Positions 20,538-31,704 of a stretch of DNA of 64,000 nt are shown in pieces. The first letter of the stretch is position 1; every line of letters begins with the position of its first letter. The position numbers were made by a program, and so were the translations under genes. The stretch covers positions 145,121 through 209,120 of the forward strand of contig DAOMZR010000002.1 in the NCBI GenBank assembly GCA_035400585.1, written 5' to 3'. A model generated the notes under the pieces. It did no database searches. It worked only from the letters and a program-made list of their open reading frames with translations, and was not told the DNA's origin. This DNA comes from a bacterium. GTDB taxonomy: Bacteria; Patescibacteriota; Patescibacteriia; Patescibacteriales; UBA12465.

Positions 20538-21938
20538 TTATTGTAAATTAATAGATATTTCTTTAAGAAGGTTTAATGCTTTTTCTTTACTTGGTGCTTC
20601 ACAATAAATTCTAATAATCGGCTCTGTGTTAGATTTTCTTAGATGAACCCAAGATTTTTCTTTAGAAAAAACAATTTTTAAACCGTCGGACTTGGAAATC
20701 TCTAAGCCCTTGTATTTTCCCTCTATTTTATCAAACATTATATCAATATTCAAGCCTTTTTTAAGCTCAATCTTATGTTTAATTAAAAAATATTTTGGCA
20801 AACCATCTTTTAATTCAGATGCTTTTATTTTTAAACTACTTAAATAACTCAAAAATAAAGCGACACCAATTAAAGCATCTCTACCATAATGAAATTCTGG
20901 AAAAATAATTCCGCCATTTCCCTCGCCACCAATAACAGCTTTTTGTTTTTTCATTTCAGCCACAACATGCACTTCTCCCACTGGAGAAAAAAAACATTTC
21001 CCACTAAAATTTTCACTAACATCCCTTAAACCCAAAGAAGAGGATAAATTGGAAACAGTAACTTTTTTATATTTATTTTTAAATAATTTATAATTTTCTA
21101 AAACATATTTGGCAACTGAAATTAAAGTATTTTCTTCGCCAAAATAAACACCACGTTCATCAACAAACGACAGACGATCAACGTCTGGATCAACTGCTAT
21201 ACCTAGATCAGCTTTATTTTTTTTAACGGCCTTAAAAAGTTGTTTTAAATTTTGGTCTATCGGCTCTGGATTATGATTAAATTTTCCATTTATGGTTTCG
21301 TTAATAACAACAATATCTTTAATGCCCAAATTTTCTAACAACCTTTTAATTGCCAAGGAGCCGACAGAATTTATTCCATCAACCACTATTTTAAAATTTC
21401 TTTTTTTTATTGCCCCTTTTTTAATTAATGGTAGTTTTAAAATTTTTTTTATATGTATATCAGTATAAAAATATTTTTTTTCTATTTTACCTATGTTATC
21501 AATTGAAACAAAGGAAAAATTTTTTTCTTGAGCAATTTTTAAAACCATCTCACCCGAGTCTTTGCTTATAAACTCTCCTTTATTGTTTAAAAGTTTTAAA
21601 GCGTTCCACTCTTTTGGGTTGTGTGAGGCAGATATTATTATACCACCATCGGCTTTTTCCTCTACAACGGCAATTTCCACTGTTGGAGTGGATGCTAAAC
21701 CAATATCAACAACATCTATTCCTAAAAATATTAAACTGTTAATAACCAGATTAATAAAAGACTCTCCGCTAATACGGCCGTCTCGACCAACAACAATTTT
21801 GGCTTTTTTGTTTTTTTTTGTTTCCTTGATAAACTCACCGAAAGACAAGCAAAAATTTAAAAAATTTTGTGGGTTTAAATTATCATCGCCAGAACCAATA
21901 GTTCCTCTTATTCCCGATATAGAAGAAATTAAAGGCAT
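20538..21938 (-). CDS. Phosphohexomutase (phosphoglucosamine mutase-like)
   Basis: The 466-aa ORF has GIRGTIG, the active-site-Ser loop ISASHNPKEWNALK, and the GIAVDPDVDR metal-binding loop. Confidence 0.8.
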   Translation of the reverse strand: MPLISSISGIRGTIGSGDDNLNPQNFLNFCLSFGEFIKETKKNKKAKIVVGRDGRISGESFINLVINSLIFLGIDVVDIGLASTPTVEIAVVEEKADGGIIISASHNPKEWNALKLLNNKGEFISKDSGEMVLKIAQEKNFSFVSIDNIGKIEKKYFYTDIHIKKILKLPLIKKGAIKKRNFKIVVDGINSVGSLAIKRLLENLGIKDIVVINETINGKFNHNPEPIDQNLKQLFKAVKKNKADLGIAVDPDVDRLSFVDERGVYFGEENTLISVAKYVLENYKLFKNKYKKVTVSNLSSSLGLRDVSENFSGKCFFSPVGEVHVVAEMKKQKAVIGGEGNGGIIFPEFHYGRDALIGVALFLSYLSSLKIKASELKDGLPKYFLIKHKIELKKGLNIDIMFDKIEGKYKGLEISKSDGLKIVFSKEKSWVHLRKSNTEPIIRIYCEAPSKEKALNLLKEISINLQ

Positions 21939-21942
21939 ATTT

Positions 21943-22815
21943 TTATTTTTTTATTTTTCCGTAAACTCCAAAAAGCAAATCTAAATCTTTTTGTGAGTCT
22001 AATAAAAGTTGATTGTTAAAGCTGACAGCCGACTCTAAAAAATTAAGCGCCAACTTGCTTTGTTTGTCAATCAAATTTGATTCTTTATACATCTCAACTA
22101 AAGCTGCCATATCTTTTATAAAACAATGACCACCGGCACCACGTCCAGCTTTGCCCACCAACCCTCCTTGATGTTTTATCTGTAAATGACTGTGGCCAAT
22201 TCGGGAATCGTAACCAACCATCTCGCAAACTTTGTCATAATTAAGTTTTTTGGCTTTAGCTAAATTAAAAATAACATTAGCAAAAACAACTTTTAACATT
22301 AAAAAAGTATTCCCCATATATTTCGTCAATTCAGCTTCACGACAAGGAACAATAAAGTTATGTTTGGCTTTTGGCAACAATTCTAAAACATCTTTAGCTA
22401 CTTTAAAAGATTTTTTAGTATATCCAACAATGTTTCTCTCTGGAAAGCGAGCATCATTTTTAGCATTTTTTTCTGTCAAAAACTCTGGAGAATGAATTAT
22501 AAATTTTTTTGGATATAGTTTTTGCAATTTTTCAGTTGTACCAATTTTTATGGTTGATTTAATCACAACTGTTTTACCATCACCAATAAGCTTAATGACT
22601 TCTAACAAAATGCTGTCGTCAAAACCTTTAGGCGTGCTGGGGGTTGGAACAGCAATAAAAACAAAATCGCATTCAGCAATTTTTTCTTTATTTGCAGAGA
22701 AACCATTTTTACTATATCTAACAATTTTATAACCACGATCTTCAAAATCATCAGCCATGCTTTTTCCAATAAAACCTTGACCGATAAAACCAACTAAAAT
22801 TTTCTTTTTATTCAT
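21943..22815 (-). CDS. UDP-glucose/GDP-mannose dehydrogenase-family protein (short form)
   Basis: The 290-aa ORF has an N-terminal Rossmann motif (ILVGFIGQGFIGKSMA) and the catalytic-Cys motif GGHCFIKD. It ends about 60 aa after the Cys, so it is shorter than typical UGDH. Confidence 0.6.
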   Translation of the reverse strand: MNKKKILVGFIGQGFIGKSMADDFEDRGYKIVRYSKNGFSANKEKIAECDFVFIAVPTPSTPKGFDDSILLEVIKLIGDGKTVVIKSTIKIGTTEKLQKLYPKKFIIHSPEFLTEKNAKNDARFPERNIVGYTKKSFKVAKDVLELLPKAKHNFIVPCREAELTKYMGNTFLMLKVVFANVIFNLAKAKKLNYDKVCEMVGYDSRIGHSHLQIKHQGGLVGKAGRGAGGHCFIKDMAALVEMYKESNLIDKQSKLALNFLESAVSFNNQLLLDSQKDLDLLFGVYGKIKK

Positions 22816-22828
22816 ACACCAATTAATT

Positions 22829-23521
22829 TTATTTTTTTAATATTATATAATAATTAAAATTATCTTCCAAAAATTTTTCTATTTTAAATTTTGATTTTTT
22901 AAAAACACCCTTAAAACTGCCCTCAGAAAACGCATGATAATATCTCGGCCTAACTCCATTTTCTTTTTTACCCCAATTAAAAACTAGATCTCCCCAGTCT
23001 AGAAGTCTAAAATAAAATAAGTTTTTTAAAAAAGATTTTAAAGCCAAATAAAAAAAGTCTTTCCTCTGTCTTAATTTCCAAACACTAACAACCAAAAAAG
23101 AGCCCTCTTTCATTTTATCATAAACCTGATCCAAAAAATTTAATCTCAAATTATTGCCTGGAATATGATGAAAAACAGCCCAAGAAAAAATAAAATCAAA
23201 ATTGTTTTTCTCTAATTTATTTAGGTCCAAAATATTTAGAACTTGAAATTTGGCGCCATATTTTTCCTTAGCAAACTTAATTAGATTTTCACTGTTATCT
23301 ATTCCTAAATATTTTTTATCTTGACCCAGAATTTCTAAAAAACGACCATTGCCACAACCTAAATCTAAAATTTCATTTTCCGATGAAATATTTAGAGATT
23401 CAACAATTTCCAAAACCATCGGTTTCATTGGTTTTTTTCTAGTCTCATTAAAATCATCAGCTATAGTTTCATAATTATCGGCTACCAAGCTTAAAAGATG
23501 TTTTTTGGCTCTTTTGTTCAT
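22829..23521 (-). CDS. Class I SAM-dependent methyltransferase
   Basis: The 230-aa ORF has SAM-binding motif I (ILDLGCGNGRFLEIL). Confidence 0.65.
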   Translation of the reverse strand: MNKRAKKHLLSLVADNYETIADDFNETRKKPMKPMVLEIVESLNISSENEILDLGCGNGRFLEILGQDKKYLGIDNSENLIKFAKEKYGAKFQVLNILDLNKLEKNNFDFIFSWAVFHHIPGNNLRLNFLDQVYDKMKEGSFLVVSVWKLRQRKDFFYLALKSFLKNLFYFRLLDWGDLVFNWGKKENGVRPRYYHAFSEGSFKGVFKKSKFKIEKFLEDNFNYYIILKK

Positions 23522-23526
23522 TTTTT

Positions 23527-25317
23527 CTAAATTAAATATTCTTTTTGTCTAAAACTTTTAACACCTTCGAGTTCTGATTCTTCTTCATCAACACCTCGCA
23601 AACACTGATCACATTTGCCACAATTTTTTAAATAATTTTCACCAAAGTATCTTAAAATATATTTTTGACGACAACCAGAATAATAAGCGTAATTCTCCAT
23701 TTCGTTTAGTTTGTTTTCAGCCCTTTCTAATTTTTGAGACAAAGCTTTAAAATCCAGCTTCAAGTCATCAGGGCTAACCCTCTTTAAAATTCTAACTTCT
23801 GTTCCTCTGAAGGGCGGATTATATTCTACTAAATCTTTTTCAGCTAACTTTTTTATCATTCTTAAAATTGAATCTTTTTTTACGTTAATTAAATTAGCCA
23901 CGTCCTCTAAATTAATATCCCAACCCTTTTCCATTTCATCTTTAAAACGATCGTACATTTTATTTAAAGCTTCAATTTGAATCTTTGATCTAGAACTAAG
24001 GGAGCTCAGTAAAGTCCCAAAGTCAACCTTTGTTTTTAAAAAAGCGCTACCATTTTTATCGTTAGGCCTGGACAGATATCCTTCTTTTTCTAAAATTTTT
24101 AAAGCCGTTCCAATGGCCATATCAGGAACATTTTCTGAAAGCTCCTTTGATAATTCAGCATAGGTAAGTAAAATAGAGCCTTTGACAGCATCTTCTTCTT
24201 TGTTTAAAAGTGTTTGATATACCTTTACAATTAATTCTGGGGAAGGATTATCTCCTTTAATAAAAAATTCTCTTAAATATCTATCACTAGGGGAATAAAG
24301 AAGTAAACAAAAACTAGGAGTTCCGTCTCGACCAGCCCTGCCAGCCTCTTGATAATATGCTTCAATTGTTCCTGGCATGTCGTGATGAATAACAAACTTT
24401 ATATCCGACTTATTTATTCCCATTCCAAAGGCATTAGTAGCCACAACAACTTGAGCCTCGCCACTCATAAAATTGTTTTGAACCCAATCACGACTTTCAT
24501 TATCCATTCCAGCATGATAAGCCACCGCCTCTATTCCGTTTTCCAGTAGTCTTTCTAATATTTCATCGGCCTTTGATCTGGTTCCAACATAAACTATACC
24601 AGAACCACCATTTGCTCCAGATATTGCATCTAAAATAAAGTCTATTTTTCGATTGGTGCTCGAATGAATAACTCCGAATTGAATATTTTCTCTAGCAAAT
24701 CCAGTGACAATAACGTCTGGATTATTTAAATTTAATTGCTTAACTATATCTTCTCTCACTTCTGGCGTAGCGGTTGCTGTTAAAGCCACAACAGTTGGTT
24801 TTTTTAAAATCTCAATAGCTGTTTTTAATTTTAAATAACTTGGTCTAAAATCATGCCCCCAAGAACTAATACAGTGAGCTTCGTCAATGGCAAAAAGAGA
24901 AATTTCTACTTCTGACAAAGATTGCAAAAAAGGAAGACTATAGAATCTTTCGGGAGCTACATAAATAATTTTGTAAAAACCATTTTTAATTTCTTCCAAC
25001 CTTTTATTGGTTTCCGACAGAGAAATAGAAGAATTAATAAAAGTAGCTGGTATGCCTAATCTTGTCAAAGACTCAACTTGATCTTTCATTAAAGCAATAA
25101 GAGGGGAAACAACAATTGTCGCCCCTTCTAAAACCAAAGCTGGTAATTGAAAAATCAAAGACTTGCCACCACCGGTTGGCATAACAACCACCGTATCTTT
25201 TTTCTCTAAAATATTATCGATAGCTTGTTCTTGTCCTAAGCGAAAATTTTCGAAATTATAATATTTCTTTAAGAGATTCTTTATTTCTGTTTTTTTTGAA
25301 TTAATCAGGCTAGTCAT
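23527..25317 (-). CDS. recQ: ATP-dependent DNA helicase RecQ
   Basis: The 596-aa ORF has FRLGQEQAI, a Walker A ([18 protein letters not shown]), DEAH ([18 protein letters not shown]), and a C-terminal Zn-binding/winged-helix region (Cys cluster CGKCDQC). Confidence 0.85.
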   Translation of the reverse strand: MTSLINSKKTEIKNLLKKYYNFENFRLGQEQAIDNILEKKDTVVVMPTGGGKSLIFQLPALVLEGATIVVSPLIALMKDQVESLTRLGIPATFINSSISLSETNKRLEEIKNGFYKIIYVAPERFYSLPFLQSLSEVEISLFAIDEAHCISSWGHDFRPSYLKLKTAIEILKKPTVVALTATATPEVREDIVKQLNLNNPDVIVTGFARENIQFGVIHSSTNRKIDFILDAISGANGGSGIVYVGTRSKADEILERLLENGIEAVAYHAGMDNESRDWVQNNFMSGEAQVVVATNAFGMGINKSDIKFVIHHDMPGTIEAYYQEAGRAGRDGTPSFCLLLYSPSDRYLREFFIKGDNPSPELIVKVYQTLLNKEEDAVKGSILLTYAELSKELSENVPDMAIGTALKILEKEGYLSRPNDKNGSAFLKTKVDFGTLLSSLSSRSKIQIEALNKMYDRFKDEMEKGWDINLEDVANLINVKKDSILRMIKKLAEKDLVEYNPPFRGTEVRILKRVSPDDLKLDFKALSQKLERAENKLNEMENYAYYSGCRQKYILRYFGENYLKNCGKCDQCLRGVDEEESELEGVKSFRQKEYLI

Positions 25318-26204
25318 TATAATTTGTTTTTTAATTTATAGACTGTTAGGGTGTTTTTTAAAACACAAGCAACGGTAACTGGTCCAATACCTCCTGGAAC
25401 TGGGGTAGCAATAAGATCTAAATTTTCCGTTTCAGACAAATCAACATCACCAAAAACTTTTTTATCTTTAGTCGTAATTCCAATATCAATAATAATCATT
25501 TTATTTTTTAAAAAATCTTTATTAATGAAATGCGGATTACCAACAGCCGTAATTAAAATATCACAAGATTTAACTCTATTTTTTATTTTATCAAGATCGC
25601 TTTGATTATTTTTAATTTTATTAAACTCTTCTGAGCAGATTGAGTCGATTTTAATATTGGATTTTTCTAAAAAATTTTTTACCTCTTCTTTAAATATTTC
25701 TGAATTATAAAACAAAAAGGCTGATTCTTTTTTAAAGCTATTATTAACACAATCTAAACTTTCTTTAATAGCCATCAACACTGGTGACAAAATCTCCTTT
25801 GGTCGGTCAAAGCAAAAACCATCAACATCTTTTGTTGGATTAATTTTTTTTAAAACCTCTTCGGTATTAAATTTTTTAGGAAGTGGGAGTTGAATTAAAA
25901 TACCATCAACACTCTTATCATTATTTAAAAATTCTATAGTTTTTATAAGATTTTCTTGGCCGTCTGTTTCGTCAATTAAGTATAAATTTGTATCTATTCC
26001 GACCCCTTTGGCCGATTTTTCCTTAAGTGAAACATAGAGACGAGAATCACTTCTATCTCCTGCTAAAATTATTGATAGGTTTGGTCTTCTTTCGTTCTTT
26101 TTAATTAAATCAAAAACCTCTTTGGCTATGCTATCTTTAATTTTCTCACCTATTTTTTTCCCATCTATTATTTTCATCTTATTTATAATTATTAAAACAA
26201 ACAT
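25317..26204 (-). CDS. folD: Bifunctional methylenetetrahydrofolate dehydrogenase/cyclohydrolase
   Basis: The 295-aa ORF has [36 protein letters not shown] and AVGNPHFI, which are FolD signatures. It overlaps the recQ start. Confidence 0.8.
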   Translation of the reverse strand: MFVLIIINKMKIIDGKKIGEKIKDSIAKEVFDLIKKNERRPNLSIILAGDRSDSRLYVSLKEKSAKGVGIDTNLYLIDETDGQENLIKTIEFLNNDKSVDGILIQLPLPKKFNTEEVLKKINPTKDVDGFCFDRPKEILSPVLMAIKESLDCVNNSFKKESAFLFYNSEIFKEEVKNFLEKSNIKIDSICSEEFNKIKNNQSDLDKIKNRVKSCDILITAVGNPHFINKDFLKNKMIIIDIGITTKDKKVFGDVDLSETENLDLIATPVPGGIGPVTVACVLKNTLTVYKLKNKL

Positions 26205-26280
26205 AGCCCCATAAGGAGCTTTGTTGTGTTTATATTTTAGATTAAAAAAACCTTACTGTCAAAAACCCTTTTATAGAAAG

Positions 26281-27402
26281 TTAATCCTTTATACATCTCA
26301 CAGAATAAGCAAACGGTCTGTAATATGTATCACGATAAATAAACGAATCAAAAATGCTTAAATCGCGTTGCCATGGGTATAAATCACCAGACGACAGCCA
26401 AAGGTCTGCACCGCTGCCAAAATTATAAAAAGAGCCATCTACACTATTTCTGTACCCGGAAGGCAACAAATTAAAACCACTCTGAGCACAGCCAAGAAAG
26501 TCATAACACCAAGAATCGCTTTTTAAAGAATCACCTTCATTTGTTCCTCTTTGTTCTATTGTGATGGTGTCTTTAGGAAATTGAATTTCACAATTAGAAT
26601 TACCCAGAAGAGAACAAACAGTTCTTTCCAAATCAGTAAATTCATAGTGAGTAGGGACGTGCCAACCATTAGGACAGGCTCCCTGACTACCCTCTACTGT
26701 TTCTCCGTTCATGGCAGAGCTCCATTAATAAAGTTTTCCGTGCAAATTACAATTACTAGAATTGTTATTATAACAACCACACCAACCCTCATCCGAACCA
26801 TTTACCCATGTGACAGAAGAGCAGCCATTATCATAATTAAGATTTTCTGCCATCCAAACTTGTGTTCCTATTTTTACCCAATTATATGTTTGGCTATCTC
26901 TTGTGTCTGTAAAAGTACCTGATGTTCCAGCAAAAGGATCTGATGGTTCGCTAAATTCACTACTACCGATTATTATTCCCCCCGGTGTCATTTGCTTAGC
27001 TCCTTCGGGTAGGTCTGACACTTGTTTTCCGGTACAAAAATCTATAGTATAGCTAGACCCATTATCTCTGGGAATATAAACATAAGTATTAGAGGCTTCT
27101 AAACAGTTGCCATCGGCTGGCGATGGAGCCAAAGGAATAGAATACATAAATATTTCCTGCGAAGAAGAAGAAACAATAACACCTCCATTCCACTCATCGG
27201 CTGTCGGATAACGGCTATTTTCACTAAAAAACAATTCTAGGGCAGTTTGAAGTTGTTTCATATCAGCCATTCTTTTAGCATCTCTAGCGTTTTGTCTAGC
27301 CTGTTGTAAGGCCACCACTGCTAGAGTAGCCAGTATTCCAATAATAGCTATTACTACTAAAAGTTCGATGAGGGTGAAAGCCTTTTTATTGGTGCTTAAC
27401 AT
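26281..27402 (-). pseudogene. Type IV pilin-like N-terminus fused to a FISUMP (Fibrobacter succinogenes major paralogous) domain, interrupted by one in-frame TAA at 26725..26727
   Basis: The 225-aa ORF (MLSTNKKAFTLIELLVVIAIIGILA..; ..VKIGTQVWMAENLNY..GKLY*) and the 143-aa ORF (..CPNGWHVPTHYEF..SVRCIKD) are in the same frame. The stop falls inside the conserved GRLYxW motif of a single FISUMP domain. Confidence 0.55.
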
Positions 27403-27488
27403 AAAATTAAATCACTTTTTAGAATTAATATTTTAAAAAGTAATTTTTAAATATTATATTTTATTATAATAAAGAAATAAACCTAAAA

Positions 27489-28733
27489 TTATTTTTTATA
27501 AATAGGGAACTTTGCACAAAGATTTTTTACTTTTTCTTTGATTTCGTTTAAAGCATTATCATCATTTTTATTTTTCAAGACCAAATCTATTAATTCTGTT
27601 GTTTGCAAAACTTCATTTTCTTTAAAACCACGAGTAGTGATGGCTGGAGTTCCAATTCTTATTCCTGATGGCTTCATTGGAGGGGCCGGATCATTAGGAA
27701 TAGTAGAGCGAGAAACGGAAATTCCTGCTTTTTCTAGAGCCTGTTCTGCTTCTAGACCAGAAATATTTTTATTTCTTAAATCTACAACCATTAAGTGATT
27801 ATCTGTTCCACCAGAGACTATATCGTAGCCTAGTTCTATAAATTTACTAGCCATGGTTTTAGCGTTTTTTATTATTTGCTCTGAATAAATTTTGAATTCT
27901 GGTTTAAGGGCTTCTTTAAAGGCAACCGCTTTAGCTGCTGTTATGTGATCATGTGGCCCACCCTGCATTCCAGGGAAAACAGCTCTATCAACTTGTTTGG
28001 CAAATTTTTCTTTGCACAAGATAAAGGCTCCACGTGGACCGCGAAGAGTTTTGTGGGTTGTACTAGACACCACATCAAAATAGGGGACCGGACTACTTAA
28101 ACATCCACCAGCAATAAGGCCGGCAATATGAGCAATGTCAGCAAAAGTATAAGCACCAATTTCGTCGGCAATCTCTTTAAATTTTTTCCAATCTAAATCA
28201 CGGGAATAAGCACTAAAGCCAGCAACTATCATTTTGGGTTTTTCCTTTAATGCCACCTCTCGAACTTTTTCCATATTAATTATTCCATTTTCAGCTACCT
28301 CATATTGAACAAAATTATATAATCTGCCAGAAAAATTAACACTATGACCATGAGATAAATGTCCTCCGTGGTCCAATTTTAGACCCAAAACTTTATCACC
28401 TGGTTCCAAAAAAGCCATATAAACAGCAGCGTTAGCCGGAGAGCCAGATAAAACCTGAACATTGGCATGTTCGGCACCAAAAAGTTTTTTTAATCTTTCA
28501 ATGGCTATAGTTTCTACTTCATCAATAACAGAATTGCCCCCATAATATCTTTTATTTGGATATCCCTCACTATATTTGTTATTTAAAGATGAAGCCATTG
28601 TTTCCAAAACAGCTTGAGAGGCATAATTTTCAGAAGCAATTAGCTCTAATTCATCTTCTTGTCTGTTTGTCTCCTTGTTTATTAAATCAAGAATTTCTTG
28701 ATCAATATTTTTTAAATTTTCAAAACTTGGCAT
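27489..28733 (-). CDS. glyA: Serine hydroxymethyltransferase
   Basis: The 414-aa ORF has [12 protein letters not shown], the PLP-Lys loop [15 protein letters not shown], and [13 protein letters not shown]. Confidence 0.9.
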   Translation of the reverse strand: MPSFENLKNIDQEILDLINKETNRQEDELELIASENYASQAVLETMASSLNNKYSEGYPNKRYYGGNSVIDEVETIAIERLKKLFGAEHANVQVLSGSPANAAVYMAFLEPGDKVLGLKLDHGGHLSHGHSVNFSGRLYNFVQYEVAENGIINMEKVREVALKEKPKMIVAGFSAYSRDLDWKKFKEIADEIGAYTFADIAHIAGLIAGGCLSSPVPYFDVVSSTTHKTLRGPRGAFILCKEKFAKQVDRAVFPGMQGGPHDHITAAKAVAFKEALKPEFKIYSEQIIKNAKTMASKFIELGYDIVSGGTDNHLMVVDLRNKNISGLEAEQALEKAGISVSRSTIPNDPAPPMKPSGIRIGTPAITTRGFKENEVLQTTELIDLVLKNKNDDNALNEIKEKVKNLCAKFPIYKK

Positions 28734-28845
28734 ATATTATATTGATTACTAATTATAAACTACAAACTTATTTTAGCACATTTTGCGTCTTATAAAAATA
28801 ATTGAATCTGTTTATCTTTTTCTAAAAACAAAAAAATAAATTAAG

Positions 28846-30489
28846 TTAAAAATTTTTAACCATATAAGTATCTTTTAATTTATACCCCAACTTCCTATAA
28901 TACCCTCTAACACCAACCCCAGAAATAACGGCCAAGTCTTTAAATTTATTTTTTTGAGCAATCTTTTCAGCTTCAGCCATAAGTTTTTTACCTAAACCAC
29001 TATGCTGTACTTTCTTTTTGTCACCAACCGGCACAAGTTGTCCATAAACATGCAATTCCCTAACAATGGCCGAGCTAATCTTACTATTTCTATCAATTCT
29101 CAAACGACAAAAACCATATAATATTTTTTTATCTAAACTATCAAAACTAATAAAATATTCTTCTCCGCCGGAAGATTTATATTTTAAGATATTTAACTTC
29201 AAATCTTTTTCATTTATCAGCTTATCTTTTGCTTCGCGACATCTAATACAATTACAAACAACACCCCTGTCTTTCATTACTTGTCTTAAATTAGTAATTT
29301 TATTTCCAGCCTCAATTGATTCCCCGGGAATGTCTCTAATTAATCTAATTATTCTGGTATAAACTGGCACTATTTTTTTGGATTCAATTATCACTTTCTC
29401 TAGTTGTTTGTCTGAATATGCTTTATATTTTCCCTCTTTCCACCAACGGTATAACAGACTATCTTTAACAACCGTGGTTGGATAAAATTTAATTTGATCG
29501 GGTTGAAACCTCTCATCACTATAAAGCTCCTGAAACATTTTTATATCTTTTCTAGGATTGGAGCCAGGAAGGGCCGGCATAAAATGATAAGTAACTTTAA
29601 AACCAAATTGTTTTAATTTTTTAGTCGCCTCAGCAATTGTTTTTACATCATGACCTCTTTTATTTAATTTTAATATTTTATCGTCGACAGCCTGAACACC
29701 AATTTCAACTCGCGTACAACCAAGTTCTCTCATTTGCCACAACTCTTTATCATCTAAATAATCTGGTCTTGTTTCTAGGGTTAAGCCAATTATATTATAT
29801 TTAGCTTTTTCGTTTTTTTTCTGCTCTGTTTTTAGTAAATCTTTTACTTCCTCTAATCTCAATTTGTTAGAATATAAATATTTAAGAATTTTTTTAGGCT
29901 GAATCTGTTTCTCGCTTTTTTCAATGTTAATTTCTTTTTTTATTTTTTGATAATCGTTAGCAGCTTTAAAACAATTGAGTATATACCAATATTTATATTT
30001 TTCTGGCAGATAACTCCAAGTTCCACCAATAACTATTAATTCTATTTTATTGGGTTGATGCCCGTTATTTTCCAAAGCTCTAAGACGAAAAACAGTTTGT
30101 AAATAAGGGTTGTATTTTAAACGAATGGCTCTCATAACGGCTGGTTCGTTAGGCAGATAACTGACAGGGACGTCTGGTTTTTTAGGACAATAAGCACATT
30201 CTCCGGGACAAGGATAGGGCTTTGTTAGAACAGCAACCGGAGCCACACCGGAAAGGGTTCTTACTGCTCGCTTTTTTAAAAGAGAAACAAAAAAATCTCC
30301 GTGCTTTTTTTGCCAATCCTTGCTAATTTTATTTTTTTTAATTAATAAAAAATACTCCTTTAAAACATCGGAGTTTAATAAAAGTTTTAATTTATATTTC
30401 TTAGACAATAATCTTTTTAAAACATTGAAATCTTCTAAATTTTTTATTTTGGAAATCTGATTTATAATTTCTAATATTGCTTCTTGCAT
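28846..30489 (-). CDS. Elp3-family radical-SAM / GNAT acetyltransferase (tRNA wobble-uridine modification enzyme homolog)
   Basis: The 547-aa ORF has AVLTKPYPCPGECAYCPKKPDVPVSYLPNEPAVMRAIRLKYNPYLQTVFRLRALENNGH, a good match to the Elp3 radical-SAM core, plus a C-terminal GNAT fold (..SGVGVRGYYRKLGYK). Confidence 0.7.
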   Translation of the reverse strand: MQEAILEIINQISKIKNLEDFNVLKRLLSKKYKLKLLLNSDVLKEYFLLIKKNKISKDWQKKHGDFFVSLLKKRAVRTLSGVAPVAVLTKPYPCPGECAYCPKKPDVPVSYLPNEPAVMRAIRLKYNPYLQTVFRLRALENNGHQPNKIELIVIGGTWSYLPEKYKYWYILNCFKAANDYQKIKKEINIEKSEKQIQPKKILKYLYSNKLRLEEVKDLLKTEQKKNEKAKYNIIGLTLETRPDYLDDKELWQMRELGCTRVEIGVQAVDDKILKLNKRGHDVKTIAEATKKLKQFGFKVTYHFMPALPGSNPRKDIKMFQELYSDERFQPDQIKFYPTTVVKDSLLYRWWKEGKYKAYSDKQLEKVIIESKKIVPVYTRIIRLIRDIPGESIEAGNKITNLRQVMKDRGVVCNCIRCREAKDKLINEKDLKLNILKYKSSGGEEYFISFDSLDKKILYGFCRLRIDRNSKISSAIVRELHVYGQLVPVGDKKKVQHSGLGKKLMAEAEKIAQKNKFKDLAVISGVGVRGYYRKLGYKLKDTYMVKNF

Positions 30490-30570
30490 ACTTTTATTTT
30501 ATAATATAGACAAACATGCCACATTTTGTGGCTTAAATAATTATAACTTAAAAATTCAAAAACATAAACT

Positions 30571-31698
30571 ATGAAAAAAATTATTTATTTATTGGCATTT
30601 AGTTTCTTATTTTTTATTCCATCAATCGGTCAGGCTTATGTTATAAAATCAGCCGACTTTATTTACGTTGCTAAAGATGAAATAGTAGAAGGAAATCTTT
30701 ATTTCAGTGGCAAAAGCATTAATGTTGAGGGGCAAGTTACCGGTGATTTAATTGGTGTTGCGTCTAACATCCAAATTAATGGTCAAGTTAAGGGTGATTT
30801 AATAGGTGTCTCGCAAAACCTAGTAGTAAATGGCCAAATAGATGGGAGCTTAAGAGCTATTTCTAATGTGGGAAATATAAATGGCACTATCGGAAAAAAT
30901 ATTAATTTTTTGGGAGAAACAATTGTTTTAAACAAAAATAGTTTTGTTGGACAAGATTTGTTGATAAAAACAATCGGAGCAGAATTAAATGGTAAAATTA
31001 ATGGCAATGTACATGGCGGCTCCTATAATACTTTAATAAATGGTCAAATAGAAAAAGATATTAATTTAGTCGTTGATAATATTAAAAGAAAAAAATATTC
31101 TAGCAGTTTAGAGTTTGGCGAATTGGCAACTGTTGGTGGTAAGCTGGAATATAGAAGTGGAAATTCAGCTAAAATGAAAGATGGGGTTGTCAAAGGGGAA
31201 ATAAAACATAAAAACCCCGAGAAACAAGGAAACCAAAAAAACGATTTAGGAAAAATAATTTATTCTATTTTATCTTCCTTTTTAATCGCCGTTCTCTTGA
31301 ACCATCTACTAAAAGATAAGGTTGAAAAATTTAAAAAAGTTATTCTAGAAAAAAAATACAATCTAATATTGCCTGGGTCTATAATATTGTTGCTTGGTCC
31401 AATAGCCTTCTTAATTGTTTCTTTAACAGTTATCGGATTTCCAATAGCTTTAATTGGATTAATTTTTTGGGCAATAGCAATCTTTTTAAGCAGAATTCTG
31501 ATTTCAATGTTTGTCGGAGCTTATATTTTTGAAAAATTTAAAAAGAGAAGCGCTAATGTTTATCTAAAAATTTTTAGTGGTTTAATTATTGTGTTTTTAC
31601 TGTTTAATTTGCCCTTTGTCGGCTGGGCATTTTCTCTGACCAGTATAATTATTGGCCTAGGATCAATTTATTTAATAATTAGAAAAAAACATAACTAA
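30571..31698 (+). CDS. Membrane-anchored protein with a bactofilin-like beta-helical repeat domain
   Basis: The 375-aa ORF has a signal peptide, then repeated V(E/N)GQVxGDLIGV.. units (VEGQVTGDLIGVASNIQINGQVKGDLIGVSQNLVVNGQIDGSL), and three or four C-terminal TM helices. Confidence 0.5.
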   Translation: MKKIIYLLAFSFLFFIPSIGQAYVIKSADFIYVAKDEIVEGNLYFSGKSINVEGQVTGDLIGVASNIQINGQVKGDLIGVSQNLVVNGQIDGSLRAISNVGNINGTIGKNINFLGETIVLNKNSFVGQDLLIKTIGAELNGKINGNVHGGSYNTLINGQIEKDINLVVDNIKRKKYSSSLEFGELATVGGKLEYRSGNSAKMKDGVVKGEIKHKNPEKQGNQKNDLGKIIYSILSSFLIAVLLNHLLKDKVEKFKKVILEKKYNLILPGSIILLLGPIAFLIVSLTVIGFPIALIGLIFWAIAIFLSRILISMFVGAYIFEKFKKRSANVYLKIFSGLIIVFLLFNLPFVGWAFSLTSIIIGLGSIYLIIRKKHN

Positions 31699-31704
31699 AA
31701 AATT

